A stretch of 64,000 nt of DNA from contig OZ024745.1 in the NCBI GenBank assembly GCA_964016885.1, positions 34,348,001 through 34,412,000 on the forward strand, written 5' to 3'. This DNA is from Eledone cirrhosa (Eukaryota). How positions within the stretch are numbered: the first letter of the stretch is position 1; every line of letters starts with the position of its first letter. Made by a program: the position numbers and the translations under genes. Shown in pieces: positions 1 to 14,423 of the stretch. The notes beneath the pieces are model-generated. The model had not been told where the DNA came from and did not search any database. It saw only the letters and a list, made by a program, of their open reading frames with translations.

Positions 1-236
1 AGGTTGAGGAAGAGAGCAAAAGGAATAAAGGAGCGCTTGCACAACACGCTCCTGGAGTTCAGGGTTGTTCTATCGACGGGGTATTAAACAACCCATTTGT
101 GGCGCCTCCCCTCTATTGGGGATTTCGATTGTTGAAATTGTTTGTTTTTATATTTTTTACACGACTGTATGTAAAATCCCCGGCATGTATTTGTATTGTC
201 CCCTTTACTTGTTGCGCCCTTGTGGCTAATAAAGAA

Positions 237-270
<34 letters not shown>
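1..270 (+). mobile_element. 3' UTR of Tx1/L1-like LINE ending in (TATC)n
   Basis: Related to the tail at 2550-2810; ends GCCCTTGTGGCTAATAAAGAAA then (TCTA)n. Confidence 0.8.
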
Positions 271-273
<3 letters not shown>

Positions 274-2552
274 GGACGCATTATACTTGAATCCAAGCAG
301 ATGTGCGCACCCTTCCATCAGCATTTTGCACGACTGTTCGGGCAAAGCGGTACATCGAGCGAGGTGATGGACTTCAGCTCTTACCTCGATGGAGTATCGC
401 TACTCTCGAGCACGGATACGGAGAGCTGCGAAAGGCCGATCACAGCGGGCGAAATAGAAGATGCCCTAGGCCGCTGCGGGAAACGCAAATCACCCGGTTT
501 AGATGGTCTACCCTATGAGTTTTACATAGGCATGTCAGATTTGTTCTCTGGCGTCCTCGAAGCGGTCTACTGTAACTGGCAACAGAACGGGAGGATTCCC
601 AGTTCTGTAGGCAGAGGCGTAGTAACGCTGATCAGGAAAGATGAGAACAAGGGGGATGAGATAAGCAATTTCAGGCTCATAACTCTGCTCAACACAGAGT
701 TAAAGATGTTGGCCAAGGGGTTAGCAACGAGGCTGGCGCTTGTCGTCGAGAACCTGGTAGGGGAAGCCCAAACGTGTGCAATCCCGACCAGGTCCATATA
801 CGACAACCTCCACCTCATGCCATACATCATAAAGAGGGTAGGGTGTAAACCTGGCTTTGGCGGGGCTCTGATCAATTTAGATCAGTCTAAGGCATTTGAT
901 AGGGTCGACAATCAATACTTGGAAGCAGTTCTCAAGGCGGCCGGCTTCGGTCCCGTTTTCAGAGGCTGGATCGCTGCCATGCACACCAGCATCTGCTCGG
1001 AGTCAAGGTGAATGGCTACCTATCAGATCCATTCCAAATCATGCGTTCCATCCGTCAGGGATGCCCTCTCTCCTCCATTCTGTATGTACTGACTCTCGAG
1101 CCGTTACTGCGGAAATTAGAGCTGTTGCTGGGCAACCCGATCGAACCAGGACTGTGGAAAGCAGCGTCAGCCTATGCCAACAACATAACCGTAATGGTGT
1201 CGAAAACCTCGGAAATCAGGGTAATTGGCAACCTATTACAGGAATACGAAACGTTGACAGGAGCAAGACTAAACCCAAACAAGTCTGTCGGTTTGCAACT
1301 CGGCACATGGAGAGGAAAACCCATGCCTTCCGATAGTGTCGTTGGACGCTGGACGGAAGGACCGGTGAAATTGCTCGGGGTCTGGTTCGGTCCAGACCTC
1401 CAGGTGAACAAGAACTGGAACGAGGTCACGGCGAAGGTGTTTGCACTCACCCAGAACTGGGCTGAGTGCAAACTCTCCTTCAAAGGTCGAGCGGAGGTGG
1501 CGAACACTTACATAGCGTCCGTCATCTACTACCGCTTGACAGTCGTGCCTTGCCCTCGCGAATACCTTACCAAAATGGAACGCCTACTCTTCAAGTTCCT
1601 CTTGAAGAAACAGGCTCCATTGGTGAGGAGATCCATATGCTGTCAACACCCTTCTAACGGAGGGCTGGGCATGCCGTGGCTGATGATGCGCAAACATGCG
1701 CTGAGGCTACGCCATCTCCAGGTATTCCTGACCGGTGAACCGGTGTGGCTGTCGTTTGTGAGACAAGCCCTTCCACAACTCGTCTCACTAACAGGGCTGC
1801 AGTCCTGGGTCAAGCGAAGACCGAAAATGGGTGCCTGGCAGCTCGAGTGCCTACAGGCGCTCACAGCCTTCTACCAAGCGGAAACGGCAATCAGTGGAGA
1901 CTCCACTTCGACATTCTATAAGGGATTAGTGGAGGATAAATGCAACGACGTTCTCGGGAAAACTCTAGGCATCGAGGAGAACGAACTGACCAGTCTGTTG
2001 GGGAGGACTTTCCGTCCAGGGCCTACGGATAACTTCCAGAGGTCTCTGGCCTGGCAGTGCTACCGAGGAGCTCTACCAGTTCGAGACAAAATCTACAGGC
2101 ACGGACGCCCTGGCAGAGATCCTGCCCAAAGGACCTGTCCAAGATACGAGCAGGGCATCGAAACCGTTCTGCACGCAATTGTTCAGTGCTCACGGGTGAC
2201 CGACCTGTGGAATTATGTCGAACAGCTGCTGTCACGTGTGGGACGCATCCAGTTGTCAGCCGAGTCCATCGTGAGAATCACCCCGCCGCCTTCATTTAAG
2301 AACGAAGGAGAGGCGGTTTTCCTCTGTCTGGTGGCTATGGCGAAAGAGGTAATATGGTGGACGAGGTTAAAAGTACTGATAGCAAACACCTTTCTCTCCG
2401 AACAACAACTTATCCCCTTCTTTAAGTATCACTTCAAAAGGAAGGTGAGAGTGGAGAGAGAGGTGCTACGCCCCAGTAAATTCGCTTAAAGGTGGGTGAA
2501 TGTGGCAAAAATGAACCGAGTGAATGGGCCTTCTCTGTATATAAACTTGTAG
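271..2552 (+). pseudogene. LINE ORF2 reverse transcriptase pseudogene (ORFs 196-1011 and 1008-2489)
   Basis: RT motifs split by a frameshift; catalytic DD changed to NN; premature TAA at 2487 where the copy at 4660 reads FAERWVNV. Confidence 0.85.
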
Positions 2553-2802
2553 GTTGAGGAAGATAAACAGAGGGAAGACAGGAACACCTACAAAACGTGT
2601 TCCTGGTGTTGAGGGTTGTTCTATCCACGGGGTGTAAAACAACTCTGCAGTAACGTTCCCCCCTACTGGGGATTTCAATTATTATTTTATTATATATAGT
2701 TTATTGTTATTTATTAATGTTAAAGTTATTTTTATGTAAAACTCCCGCCATCACGTCTTGTAATATCCCATTTTTGTACGCCCCTGTTGCAAATAAAGAA
2801 AG

Positions 2803-2830
<28 letters not shown>
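271..2830 (+). mobile_element. 5'-truncated Tx1/L1-clade LINE (ORF2 RT + zinc knuckle, decayed)
   Basis: KSPGLDGLPYEFY, LDQSKAFDRV, RQGCPLS, YANN (mutated YADD), GGLG, CPRY..ETVLHAIVQC; frameshift near 1008; flanked by (TATC)n on both sides. Confidence 0.92.
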
Positions 2831-2836
<6 letters not shown>

Positions 2837-3521
2837 CATCTATCTACCCCTTCTCTCCCTATCTATCTGATTATCTCTCTGTATGTCGGACTGTCTATGA
2901 ATACGCCCGTGTTTTTTTCTTAATTTTTTCCCCGTTCCTTCCTCGTTTCACTCTTTCTTTTTTATTTCTCATATCTGAGTGGACGGAAAAGAACTCTGCC
3001 ACAACCCATCTGTATGTTTTGTGTCTACACGTGTTTATATTTCTTTATTTATACAATGATGTAGACCAATTATACTTTTGGGGCAAATTGATGTTCAGAG
3101 CGTGGGATTGGCCCAATGCAAAGCCTTTTCTCACTTAAAAAAACTTCATGCACAGGCATAGCTTGATATATGACAGTTTCTGCGATGCATGGCATTGCTG
3201 GACATAGGCAAGTCCCTAGGAGTACTAAAAAGCCACGTCCGTGATGCACATGCTCAAGTATCAAGCGATGGCATTACTAGAAATCGAGTTGCAGCAAACA
3301 TCATGTATGTATGTATGTATGAATGTATGTATGTATGATATGTATTTGTATGCATGTATCTATGTATGAAACTATGCATGCATGAATGCATGTATCCATA
3401 CATGCATGTATATAGCTAGACATGTATTGATGCATGAATTTATGCACTATCTCTCTCTCTCTCTCTCTATCTAGATAGATAGATAGTGCATATATACATG
3501 TCTAGCTATATACATGCATCC

Positions 3522-3558
<37 letters not shown>

Positions 3559-3949
3559 ATGCAAGTATGCTTGTATGTATGCAGGTATATATGCACGTAT
3601 ATATGTATGTGTGTATGCATTTATGAATGCATGTATATACATATGTGCTCATTAAGGGTGAGAAAATATGAATTATCTATATATTTTCACAATCAAATTC
3701 GATTGATTCTTAGAGAAGACAAATTCATACATACCTTTTGAATTGTTCGTTTTCCTGCGTCATTCACATTGCTAACATTTCGAGTAGTTACTAAGGCAAC
3801 ATTTCTTTGACAACATCTGAATCAGCTATTCCTCGATTCCTGCTTCTTATATTCTCACACTTTCCTCTCACATTCTCTTTTTCTATAATTCTCTCACACT
3901 CTTTCTCTCGATCTGTATGAATCTATCTATCAAGCTATCTATTTATCTA

Positions 3950-4110
3950 TTGTGGGGCCTCCCCCCTATTGGGGGTTTCGATTGTTGAAATTGTTTGTTT
4001 TTATATTTTTTACACGACTGTATGTAAAATCCCCGGCATGTCTTTGTATTGTCCCCTTTTCTTGTTGCGCCCTTGTGGCTAATAAAGAAATCTATCTATT
4101 TATCTATCTA
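3950..4110 (+). mobile_element. Short 3' tail of Tx1-like LINE in (TATC)n
   Basis: Near-identical to 98-240. Confidence 0.8.
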
Positions 4111-4116
4111 ACTATC

Positions 4117-4297
4117 GATTGGCAGTATCGGTAGAGGGTCGGACGCCATGCTTTCTAGCACAGTTACGTCCCTTTACCATTTGAGTTCAAATCCCGCCGA
4201 GGTTAACTTTGCCTTTCATTCTTACGGGGTCGATAAAATAAAGTACCAGTAATGCACTGGGTAATTGGTGGCTTTGTGCCAAAAGTAGAAACAATTA
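4117..4297 (+). mobile_element. tRNA-derived SINE (Meta/MESC-like central domain)
   Basis: A-box TGGCAGTATCGG, B-box GAGTTCAAATCC, core CTTTGCCTTTCAT..GGGGTCGATAAAATAAAGTACCAG, tail GTAGAAACAATT. Confidence 0.85.
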
Positions 4298-4353
4298 TCA
4301 TTCTATCTATCTCTCTGTCTGTCCTTCCGCTCCCTCTCTCTTTCCCCCTCTCC

Positions 4354-4402
<49 letters not shown>

Positions 4403-4407
4403 CACAG

Positions 4408-4457
<50 letters not shown>

Positions 4458-4494
4458 GTATATACATACATATGCCTCTAGGTCTATTTATCTA

Positions 4495-5105
4495 TCTTTT
4501 CCTCTGACTGGTGGCTATAGCGAAAGAGGTAATATAGTGGATGAAGTTAAAAGGACGGATAGCAAACACCTTTCTCTCCGGACAACAACTCATCCGCTTC
4601 TTTAAATACCACTTCAGAAGGAAGGTGAGAGTGGAGAGAGAGGTGCTACATCCCAGTAAATTCGCTGAAAGGTGGGTGAATGTGGGCGAAAATAGCCCGA
4701 GTGAATGGGCCTTCTCTGTATATAAACCTGTAGGCTGCGGCAGATGAACAGAAAGTAGACGGGAATACCTACAAAACGTGTTCCTGGTGTTGAGGGTTGT
4801 TCTATCCACGGGGTGTAAAACAGCCCCGCAGTAACGTTCCCCCCTATTGGGGATTTCGATTGTTTTATTTTATATATAGTTTATTGTTATTCATTATTGT
4901 TAATTGACTTTGCCTTTCATCCTTACGGGGTCGATAAAATAAAGTACCAGTAATACACTGGTATAATTGCTGGCCTTGTGCCTAAAGTAGAAACAATTAT
5001 TGTTAAAGATTTTATGTAAAAACCCCGCCGTCATATCTTGTAATGTCCCATTTTTGTACGCCCTTGTGGCAAATAAAGAAATATATCTATCCATCTATCT
5101 ATCTG
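4495..5105 (+). mobile_element. 3' end of Tx1-like LINE with a truncated SINE nested at 4904-4995
   Basis: Matches 2318-2810; SINE flanked by TSD ATTATTGTTAA (4893-4903 / 4996-5006). Confidence 0.85.
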
Positions 5106-5119
5106 TCTTTCTATCTATC

Positions 5120-5237
<118 letters not shown>

Positions 5238-5269
5238 CAAGCTAGCTAGCTAGATTGAAAACACCCAGA

Positions 5270-5700
5270 ATTTAGAAGGAGACATGTCAGGGAATTACGG
5301 ATCCTGGCGAATTTACGAAAAGTCCTTCTTTGTCATGGAAATTTGAATTACAAATAACAAAACACATTGTCGTGATGCAGCTGCCGGATTTGCGATGCCT
5401 ACAGATCCAGTCTCTTGCATCACGAATCGCTGGAGTACTTTCTAATAATAGTCATTTGTAGCTGTTTCTCCATATTGTGTGTATTATGACGCCTCAGTAG
5501 TCGAAAAGAACTGTTAACATAACCTTGATTTTTCTCCGTAACTGACGTGTAATTTCGAGTTTGCAACTAATGTGCAATTGTATGTTTCAACTAGGATGAC
5601 TAAGTTTTGGTTTCCGTGATGTACCGGGTCCCATCTACAGTAATCACGTTATTCACTAACTAAAGAACCTTGTTGGCAGTATCGGGTGAAATGAATATGA
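5270..5700 (-). mobile_element. Probable decayed mariner-like transposon remnant
   Basis: Resembles antisense mariner transposase DNA; no intact ORF. Confidence 0.3.
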
Positions 5701-6985
5701 GACGTGTATGTAGTACATCACCGCACACACAGGTTGCCTGACAGCAACTGCTGCATCCACTGAGCCTGCCCAAACTACGCATGCGCATGGATATTAGCGA
5801 CCCCACTTAGCATACATATGCCTCCTTAACGTCATTTCTTCCCACGGGAAAAATTGTTTTAATCTTTCAATGTGTCTGTGTTTGTATGAGAAAGAACGAA
5901 TGTGGATAGATAAATGGATAGATAATCATGTGCATAATGATTGATTTTCTAGTTATACTTGTGGTTGCTTAGTCCTATTTACAGGTTAAAATGTAAAGTT
6001 GCACAAACACACACAAACACACACACACACACGCACACACACACACACAGACACACGCCCTCACACGATTATATACATATACATACACATACAATTATAT
6101 ATATATAAGTATATATATATATATATATAATACCTATATATATATAAAGATATACTTATATATATATATATATATAAAGATATATAAAGATATACTTATA
6201 TATATATATATATAGGTATACCTATATATTTATATATATTCTGAATAACATACCTAAAATAATACATGCAGCAAAAACTGTAAAAATTAATGAAAATACT
6301 TGTCTCAACATAAAAGATGTTTTTGTTCAATTCTATAGCTCTATGGGCAAGGTTCAATAGTTTGAAAGTTTAGAAGGTGTATAAAAAATAAACCGACTAT
6401 ATTTCGAGATGAATTATGTACATGGTATTGTTGGTAAATCATATGTTATTGACATTAGCATGTGTTTAAAACAGTATGAAAATAGTGAACAAAAATAACT
6501 TCCAATGGGATATAATGAAATGATATATTTATAGATTTTCTAAATAATTTATTTACGTCGATATAAACCCCAGAACTTAAAACCTACGAATCGAAACACC
6601 TCCATCTCTTCCATATACTTGATGACACTAAAACACATTTTTTTACGATAGGTTATATAATCAGAAAACATAGCTCAGCCTCTTATTAACATAGACGTAT
6701 TAACCCCGCCTACTAATCAGAGACAACAAACCATGCACAAGAACGAAAACTGTAAATATACTAAAGAAAATTTCGAACGTTCAGTCTGATGAGGAACTAT
6801 TGGTTAAACGTCCCAGTGGCGGTCGTAGCATTCATCGTCAGAACTTAAAACTTATAGTCTGCTCATAGTTGTTGGGTTTTTATTCAGACAATGGATGACG
6901 GTTCGGTGTGTGTAAACGCCCCACTTCAATACACACAGATATACTTGTATATACATATATATGTGTGTGTATGTCTCTCGCTCTC

Positions 6986-7118
<133 letters not shown>

Positions 7119-7200
7119 GGGATAACAAATTATTGTTATAGGTCGTCCACTTAGATGTAGTCCCGTTAGGGTACTCCGAGTAGTAGATAGTACTTTCTCG

Positions 7201-7312
7201 CATGCTCTGATGAATTGACTGGTTATAACAAAGTATTGGTGATCGATTGACGCAAAAACAGGCGGGTAGCGATCTCTAAACCTACCAGTTCAGAGTAACA
7301 ATTGTCAGCAAT
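7201..7312 (+). ncRNA. Decayed type I hammerhead motif with long stem II in (TA)n-flanked element (7118-7345)
   Basis: TGCT-CTGATGA-[TGA.CTGGT...ACCAGTTCA]-GTAAC-AATT-GTC-AGCA; A13 mutated; AATAAA follows. Confidence 0.6.
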
Positions 7313-7417
7313 GTGAATAAAGCCCTTATTGTATAGCAAACCATGTCACTCTTCTTTCTTGATTTATATATATATATATATATATATATAAATACTTACA
7401 TACACACATATATATAT

Positions 7418-7705
7418 ATGGAGACTTCTGGTGTCATTGGCCCCAGAGCTACCTCCCTACTTACCACCATAGGCGCTGAGCTGGCCAGCTGCTGGTGTGA
7501 ACCCCGCGAGTTGGAATGGCTTTTCCAGCGCGTCTCCCTTGCCGTCCTCCGCGGGAACGCCTTCTCCATCCTGTCCGCCGGGGCTGTGTGTGGTGGGGGC
7601 GTGGGGCTGGTATCGCGTAACATTCCATATTTAGGTATACAAATTAATGGTTTTTAGGGTATTATATTCTAGGTAGCTCACATTTTGTGTGTGAATAAAA
7701 AATCT
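7418..7705 (+). mobile_element. 3' end of CRE-clade (RLE) non-LTR retrotransposon
   Basis: ETSGVIGP...WLFQRVSLAVLRGNAFSIL matches the CRE C-terminal motif (ET.G..GP...QR.S.A..RGNA); ends AATAAAAAA. Confidence 0.7.
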
Positions 7706-7977
7706 GTTTTTAGGGAGTTTCGAGACTATATCTGTATATAATAACGTTTATCTGTCGATACTCACTTGTTATAAAATAGTTCTTTTTTTAACGAATGCGT
7801 ATTTTGCAATATAGGTTTGGCAATGAAGGTGAGAAATAGAAATATCATTGAAAAGCCCAGCCCATGTATAAGATGGCATAATGGACATATATAATTAAGT
7901 ATTGTCCTATTAAGGATGTAATTGTTTGAGATGCCAGCAGAACTACAGGGATAGTCTCCATCAACATGTATGCAACG

Positions 7978-8069
<92 letters not shown>

Positions 8070-8314
8070 GAAATAGAACAACAATAATGAGAAGAAGAAG
8101 AAGAAGAAGAAGAAGAAGAAGAAGAAGAAGAAGAAGAAGAAGAAGAAGAAAATTACATAAAGAGAAGGGAGAATGTAGAAATGAAGGAAGAGAGAGGAGG
8201 GGGACAAATGCAGTAATCGAGACAAAAACAGAGACAACAAAAATCAAAGCAAAAAACAAAAAATAACAAGAATAACAAAAACAGAAAATGCGATATAGAA
8301 AGAACCAGAGAGAA

Positions 8315-8353
<39 letters not shown>

Positions 8354-8980
8354 GTGTTGAGAGGGAAGGAAAGACAGACCATTATAGTGTGGTTATAGAA
8401 TTTCTATGTGACTACATGCCAATTGAAATATTTTTTTAAGTGTCAAGCCGTTTCTTTGATTTCTTTCGAAATATTTAAAGATTTTGTCACATTTTGTATG
8501 AAATCATTTATCGCAAACCATTTCCAATAATAACATTATACTTGCCTTTCAAGAATAGTTTATTTTAATGTTACATATAGTTAGTTGTGCGTTGGATTAA
8601 ATATCATACATTAATTTCAAAGCTATTCAAATTTCGATGTCCGGGGAGGCCTGCTTTGTTTGAACAATCATCTTAGGGTGAATATAATAGGTATTTATGA
8701 TATACTGGAGGATATTTAATCTACTTAAAAAATGACAAGCAAATAATTCTTAAGGTATTTAAAATAATCACACAGGTGTATGCATGTTCTTTTCTTGACT
8801 GAAGTGTCAGTGTTTACGTTGATTAGTCACCTGCAGTTCGACACTATTCTAGAGTCACCAACACCGAAACTTTGTCAATAATATCATTTTCTCGGAAAAT
8901 AAATAACATACATATGTTGACTGCTCGTACAAATAATTTCTGAACAATTTATGTACACTTACATGTACATAAAATATTGG

Positions 8981-9049
<69 letters not shown>

Positions 9050-9084
9050 ATCTATCTATCTCTCTCTCTCTATAAATATATATA

Positions 9085-9420
9085 ATGAGTTGACGGACCC
9101 AGCATATTTATCAATGCCCTGACCGGTTGTATCTCAGCGTACACAATAGGTAATGTAGGATACATTCCCAGAGTATTCGCTTCAATACAACACACGTAAA
9201 ACGGGTGCCTGTACTAGTTCCCGGACTCGAGTTTCGGCCACACTTAATGCAGCAGTAGGGTGCACTGCACCCTCTGTCTGCATATATTATGCAACAATGC
9301 ATAATCGGCGCATGTGGCTTCATCAGCGGGTATCGCCTAATCAATAACCAATCGATTGACAGAATCCAAACCCCAGCCCATGCCGGCTATGACTGTTTGT
9401 GACAGCCGACACAGTAAAGT
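9085..9420 (-). mobile_element. Non-coding hammerhead-bearing element family A, copy 1
   Basis: Closely similar to 15365-15710; next to (TA)n. Confidence 0.8.
9220..9330 (-). ncRNA. Type I hammerhead ribozyme with 84-nt branched stem II
   Basis: Minus strand CCCG-CTGATGA-AGCCACA...TGTGGCC-GAAAC-TCGA-GTC-CGGG. Confidence 0.85.
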
Positions 9421-9442
9421 ATGCATATAATAATGATAATAA

Positions 9443-9555
9443 TAATACAAGGATGATTTGTTAAACCTTCATTACGTTTATTGATTGGTCACGCGCGTTT
9501 CGCTATTCATCAGCTCAAGGTGCGATCTGTATCGATCTGGCCCGACTCCCGGGGT
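9443..9555 (-). mobile_element. Hammerhead-like element family E fragment (related to 61992-62300)
   Basis: Minus strand CTGATGA-ATAGC-GAAAC-GCGC-GTG; shares flanks with 62085-62185. Confidence 0.55.
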
Positions 9556-10804
9556 ATATATATATATATATGTGTGTGTGTGTCTGTATGTGTGTGTGTG
9601 TGTATATGTAAATCGCTGTTATTATCATGCCTTATGCAACTATTCACGCATCAAATTTTAGGAAGTTCTTCGTGATTTCATTGTCCTAGATTTTCATGAT
9701 CATTCGTAGCGTGTAAATTATGGATTTAGTTACAGTTTGTTCCATGTGAGCTGGTAGATATCCTGATACTTGAATATTAATGAATATATAAAACTGAGAG
9801 TGTACTTAGTGCTCTAGGATTGTGATATCTTCAAAAGTGGTGAATAGATATCTTCTTCCTTCTGTATTGTTTTCACCACATTGACGTTAACGGGAGGTGA
9901 TTTTCTGGTCGTTCGTATTTTAATTTGATTTTTGTTTTATTTCTAGACGCTCACGATACACTTTTGCCCTTCTTTATTTGTTTTTTGTTTTTTTATACTT
10001 TAATATTTTTATGTTACTTCAAATAGCTTTGGCTACTACATCAGATCATGAGGAAATATTATCTCCAGGAAACATTGACAATGGTGTGGTTAATGTATTC
10101 AGATTTGGTTCTCCATATTGTAATTCTGTTGTCAGAGGATGTATTTTGTATTTTGTGTAGAAGATACTTTGTTGGATTTTTAGCTTCTATTTTACATAAC
10201 GGTAATGTTCATTTCCTAACTAAATGTATGCTTATGCGCTTAATTTGTATATACCTGCCTATATACAACTATTTGTGTAGCATTTAATTAGATTACATGT
10301 CTCTTTACCATGCATGTATGTTTGTTTGGATCTTAGGCAAGTGTCATTTACTATAGACTAGTAAGTGCAATTGGGTGAATGGAAACCCGTTAGAGGGCCT
10401 GCTTTTCCGCACACTATGCTATGGTAAATCTCACTGAGAATGACCTAAGGGGTACATGTGTCTCTGGAGTGCTCTGTGACCTGCAGGGTTAATTTTACGA
10501 GCTTGATCGAATAACTGAAACATACGTGTACATCTATGGTGTAGCTTTGAAATGACGGTGAGGGCAATTCTTCAAACGTAGACTAGTAATAACGGATTTG
10601 ACATCGATGACATGAACCATTGGCGGAAAATAAAGTACTGATACTATATAAATTTGTCGAGTTGAATTAATCATTAGGGTGTCGGTTTGAAAATGCCCCG
10701 GTAATTTGTTGAAGATAACTGCGTCCCGAATTCAAATTTCCAGCGATCAACTTGCATTATCAAAGTATCGATATCGATAAGTATATATGTATATATACAT
10801 ATAT

Positions 10805-11444
<640 letters not shown>

Positions 11445-11755
11445 AAAATACATATGTATATATATATACATATATATATGTGTGTGTGTGTATGTGTGTG
11501 TGTGTGTGTGTGCGTGCATGCGTGTGTGTATGCATATATACGCATATACAGATTGGGCCATCATTTAAATATTTTATGACATTTTTCAGGAATAATTTAT
11601 GTATTTGTTATTTTTATTACCGACATTGAAAGTCAAAACATATACTACCTGAAATTTCGCATAATAAATTTCCAGAAGACATAAAATTCTGAAATGATAA
11701 AAAAAAAAAAAATTAATAAATGTTTTAACGGGAAAGTCATTAATGGATCACCTTC

Positions 11756-11859
<104 letters not shown>

Positions 11860-11884
11860 CTGTCTGTGTATGTGTGTGTGTGTA

Positions 11885-12086
11885 TAAACGAAATGGAGCA
11901 GAGAAATGGCTTCTACAGTTTAATTCGCACGGAATCATCCGAAGTGCATTCCTGATGATTTCATAAGAAAGAAACAGTTCTAGTCCTCCAAAAGCGATTT
12001 CTATATTAAATTACGCTGTTTTCACTCTACAAATGAATTGAGTACCTTTTTCTCTGAAGTTGCCCCCCATTTCACAGGGGATCTAC
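11885..12086 (+). mobile_element. Hammerhead element family B, decayed copy
   Basis: ATTC-CTGATGA-TTTCATAAGAAA-GAAACAGTTCTAGTCCT at 11948-11987; cleavage triplet lost. Confidence 0.7.
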
Positions 12087-12096
12087 ACGCGCACAC

Positions 12097-12147
<51 letters not shown>

Positions 12148-12176
12148 AAAGAATAGAGGTGTAACACACAAGTTAT

Positions 12177-12389
12177 TATATATTGGTAAACGGAATAGAA
12201 AATGCTGACAAATTGTTCACAGTTGAAAAATGGTTTAATTAGGAATAAAAGAGTATTAGTGATTGTATGGGTCGTAAGTTTTTAAAACCACAACTGAATA
12301 CTAACCCATACAATCACTAATACTCTTTTATTCCTAATTAAACCATTTTTCAACTGTGAACAATTTGTCAGCATTTTCTATTCCGTTTA

Positions 12390-12399
<10 letters not shown>
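12177..12399. repeat. Perfect ~96-bp inverted repeat with 31-nt spacer between (TA)n tracts
   Basis: 12177-12272 is the reverse complement of 12304-12399. Confidence 0.9.
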
Positions 12400-12420
<21 letters not shown>

Positions 12421-12931
12421 CAAAGATAAAGTGTCGACAAATATTTATAGAGTATAGCGCGCATGTGTTCGAAACGATGGATGAGTTCAACTAAAAATGT
12501 CTTATCTAATGATATTGCACTTTGCTTTTCATAGCAAAATACGATACTGTGCTCTTACCAAAAAAGGTGAGAGCAGCTATTCATAAAGGTGATAGTATAT
12601 TGTGTTCCCCGTGAATGATGGCTAACAAAGATATATAGGTACATAGACATTTCAACCGCCAAAAATAACTACTTTGTAAACTAATAACATATCTTATGCT
12701 CCACTGAACAGTTAGCGATAATGCGATAGACGGATTTTCATCAATTTCCTGCCGTCAACTCAACCTTAGCAATGGAAGGATATTGAAGACATAATCGAGA
12801 ATGTAAATAGTTTCATAATCAGCTACTCTGTTCTTTAAATAGATTTATTACAAAATACCTCCGCTCTTTCACTACAAACACATATTAAGGGCGAACAATA
12901 TTTAGATTGACAAATGGAAAGATAGATAGAT

Positions 12932-12999
<68 letters not shown>

Positions 13000-13201
13000 A
13001 GAGAGAGAGAGAGAGTGAAAGAAAGAGAGAGCGAAAGAGAGAGAGTAAATATAGATTATGTATACCTCCGTTGAAATATCTATATTAATGTATTTTGAAC
13101 ATTTTATTCCTCTTAAGCATGTATACTTATCTAAAAAATATAGAGCATGTACAAGTGTTCACATCACAGACGCATGCACACATTCATATACATAAATGCC
13201 T

Positions 13202-13281
<80 letters not shown>

Positions 13282-14243
13282 AGGGGTGTATAAAATCTAA
13301 TATCAACTATAATTACTTTCGTATTTTCAAATATATATTATTTGCAATTTTTCGTATACTCTCCTTCATAATTTAGTTTTCACTTTTCAATGCTCATCAT
13401 CATCACCATCTGCATTGTGATTATGAATATAATTATCTTACTTATAATCCTTCGTGTCTACGTCATCTACCTTTTTTTCTTTATTTCTTCTTCATAGAAA
13501 TAACTATCGGCATCATAAAAATGTTGTCTCACTTCTAATTATAATGTTGTCATCTGTCCTAAATATGCATTAACAATCCCGTCCTTCACTCTGTCTCATC
13601 CGAGATCACATCTTTCTCCTCTTTCATCACTTCCTTTTCCACCAACTTCTTCCTTTCTCGCAGCTGCAATTGTAATGATATTGAAGACACAATTCGTTCT
13701 CTCCCACATATTAAAGCTCATAATTTTTTTTTAGGATTCCATCATCCCACATTCTGTCTACTATATCATAGAGTATAATATTTTATTTATCGCATGTTTA
13801 TTTTGCTCACTGCCACATCCTCAACGTCTCTATTTCAGGTATGTTCGTTTCATCTCGTTTATGCGTGCTTCTGAACAATTCTCGAACAGTCTTCAAACTA
13901 TATTTGTTTTAAGATTGCGATGCTCTTTCAAATTTAATGGTACTTTTCTTAGGCGTCGAAATTGTGGTGTCCAAAATAGACAATTGACTGGTGGTAGTTC
14001 TTTCGTTACCTTTTGTTTAGTCCATCTCTCCTCTTTGTTAGCTTTTACCGCATCTATATGTCTTTCACAGTCTTCATATTTTTTATATTTACTTATGCTC
14101 TGCTCGTCGGAACCATCATAGTGTGTGTTCTCACTATGTGTTTGCTAAATATTTAAAAAAAAAACCTCTAAATGCTACGTAGATTCTGTCCTACACTTCA
14201 ATCAATATATGTAAATATATATATACATATATATACATATATT

Positions 14244-14274
<31 letters not shown>

Positions 14275-14371
14275 ATGCGTGCGCCCACGCACCTCTGTGT
14301 GTGAGTATGAGCGTTTGTGTGTAATAAATAAACATAATACACCCCACCACACACGCACAAGCTCAACCTAA

Positions 14372-14423
<52 letters not shown>

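Noticed and set aside
4117-4200. tRNA gene
   Set aside because: The A and B boxes belong to the multicopy SINE head; no cloverleaf.
5775-5855. NRF1-like ACGCATGCGCA and CSL-like TTCCCACG motifs
   Set aside because: Short motifs next to a transposon remnant, with no further promoter evidence.
6775-6850. CTGATGAG motif as a hammerhead
   Set aside because: No properly placed GAAA, stem III or stem I; it simply pairs with TCGTCAGA downstream.
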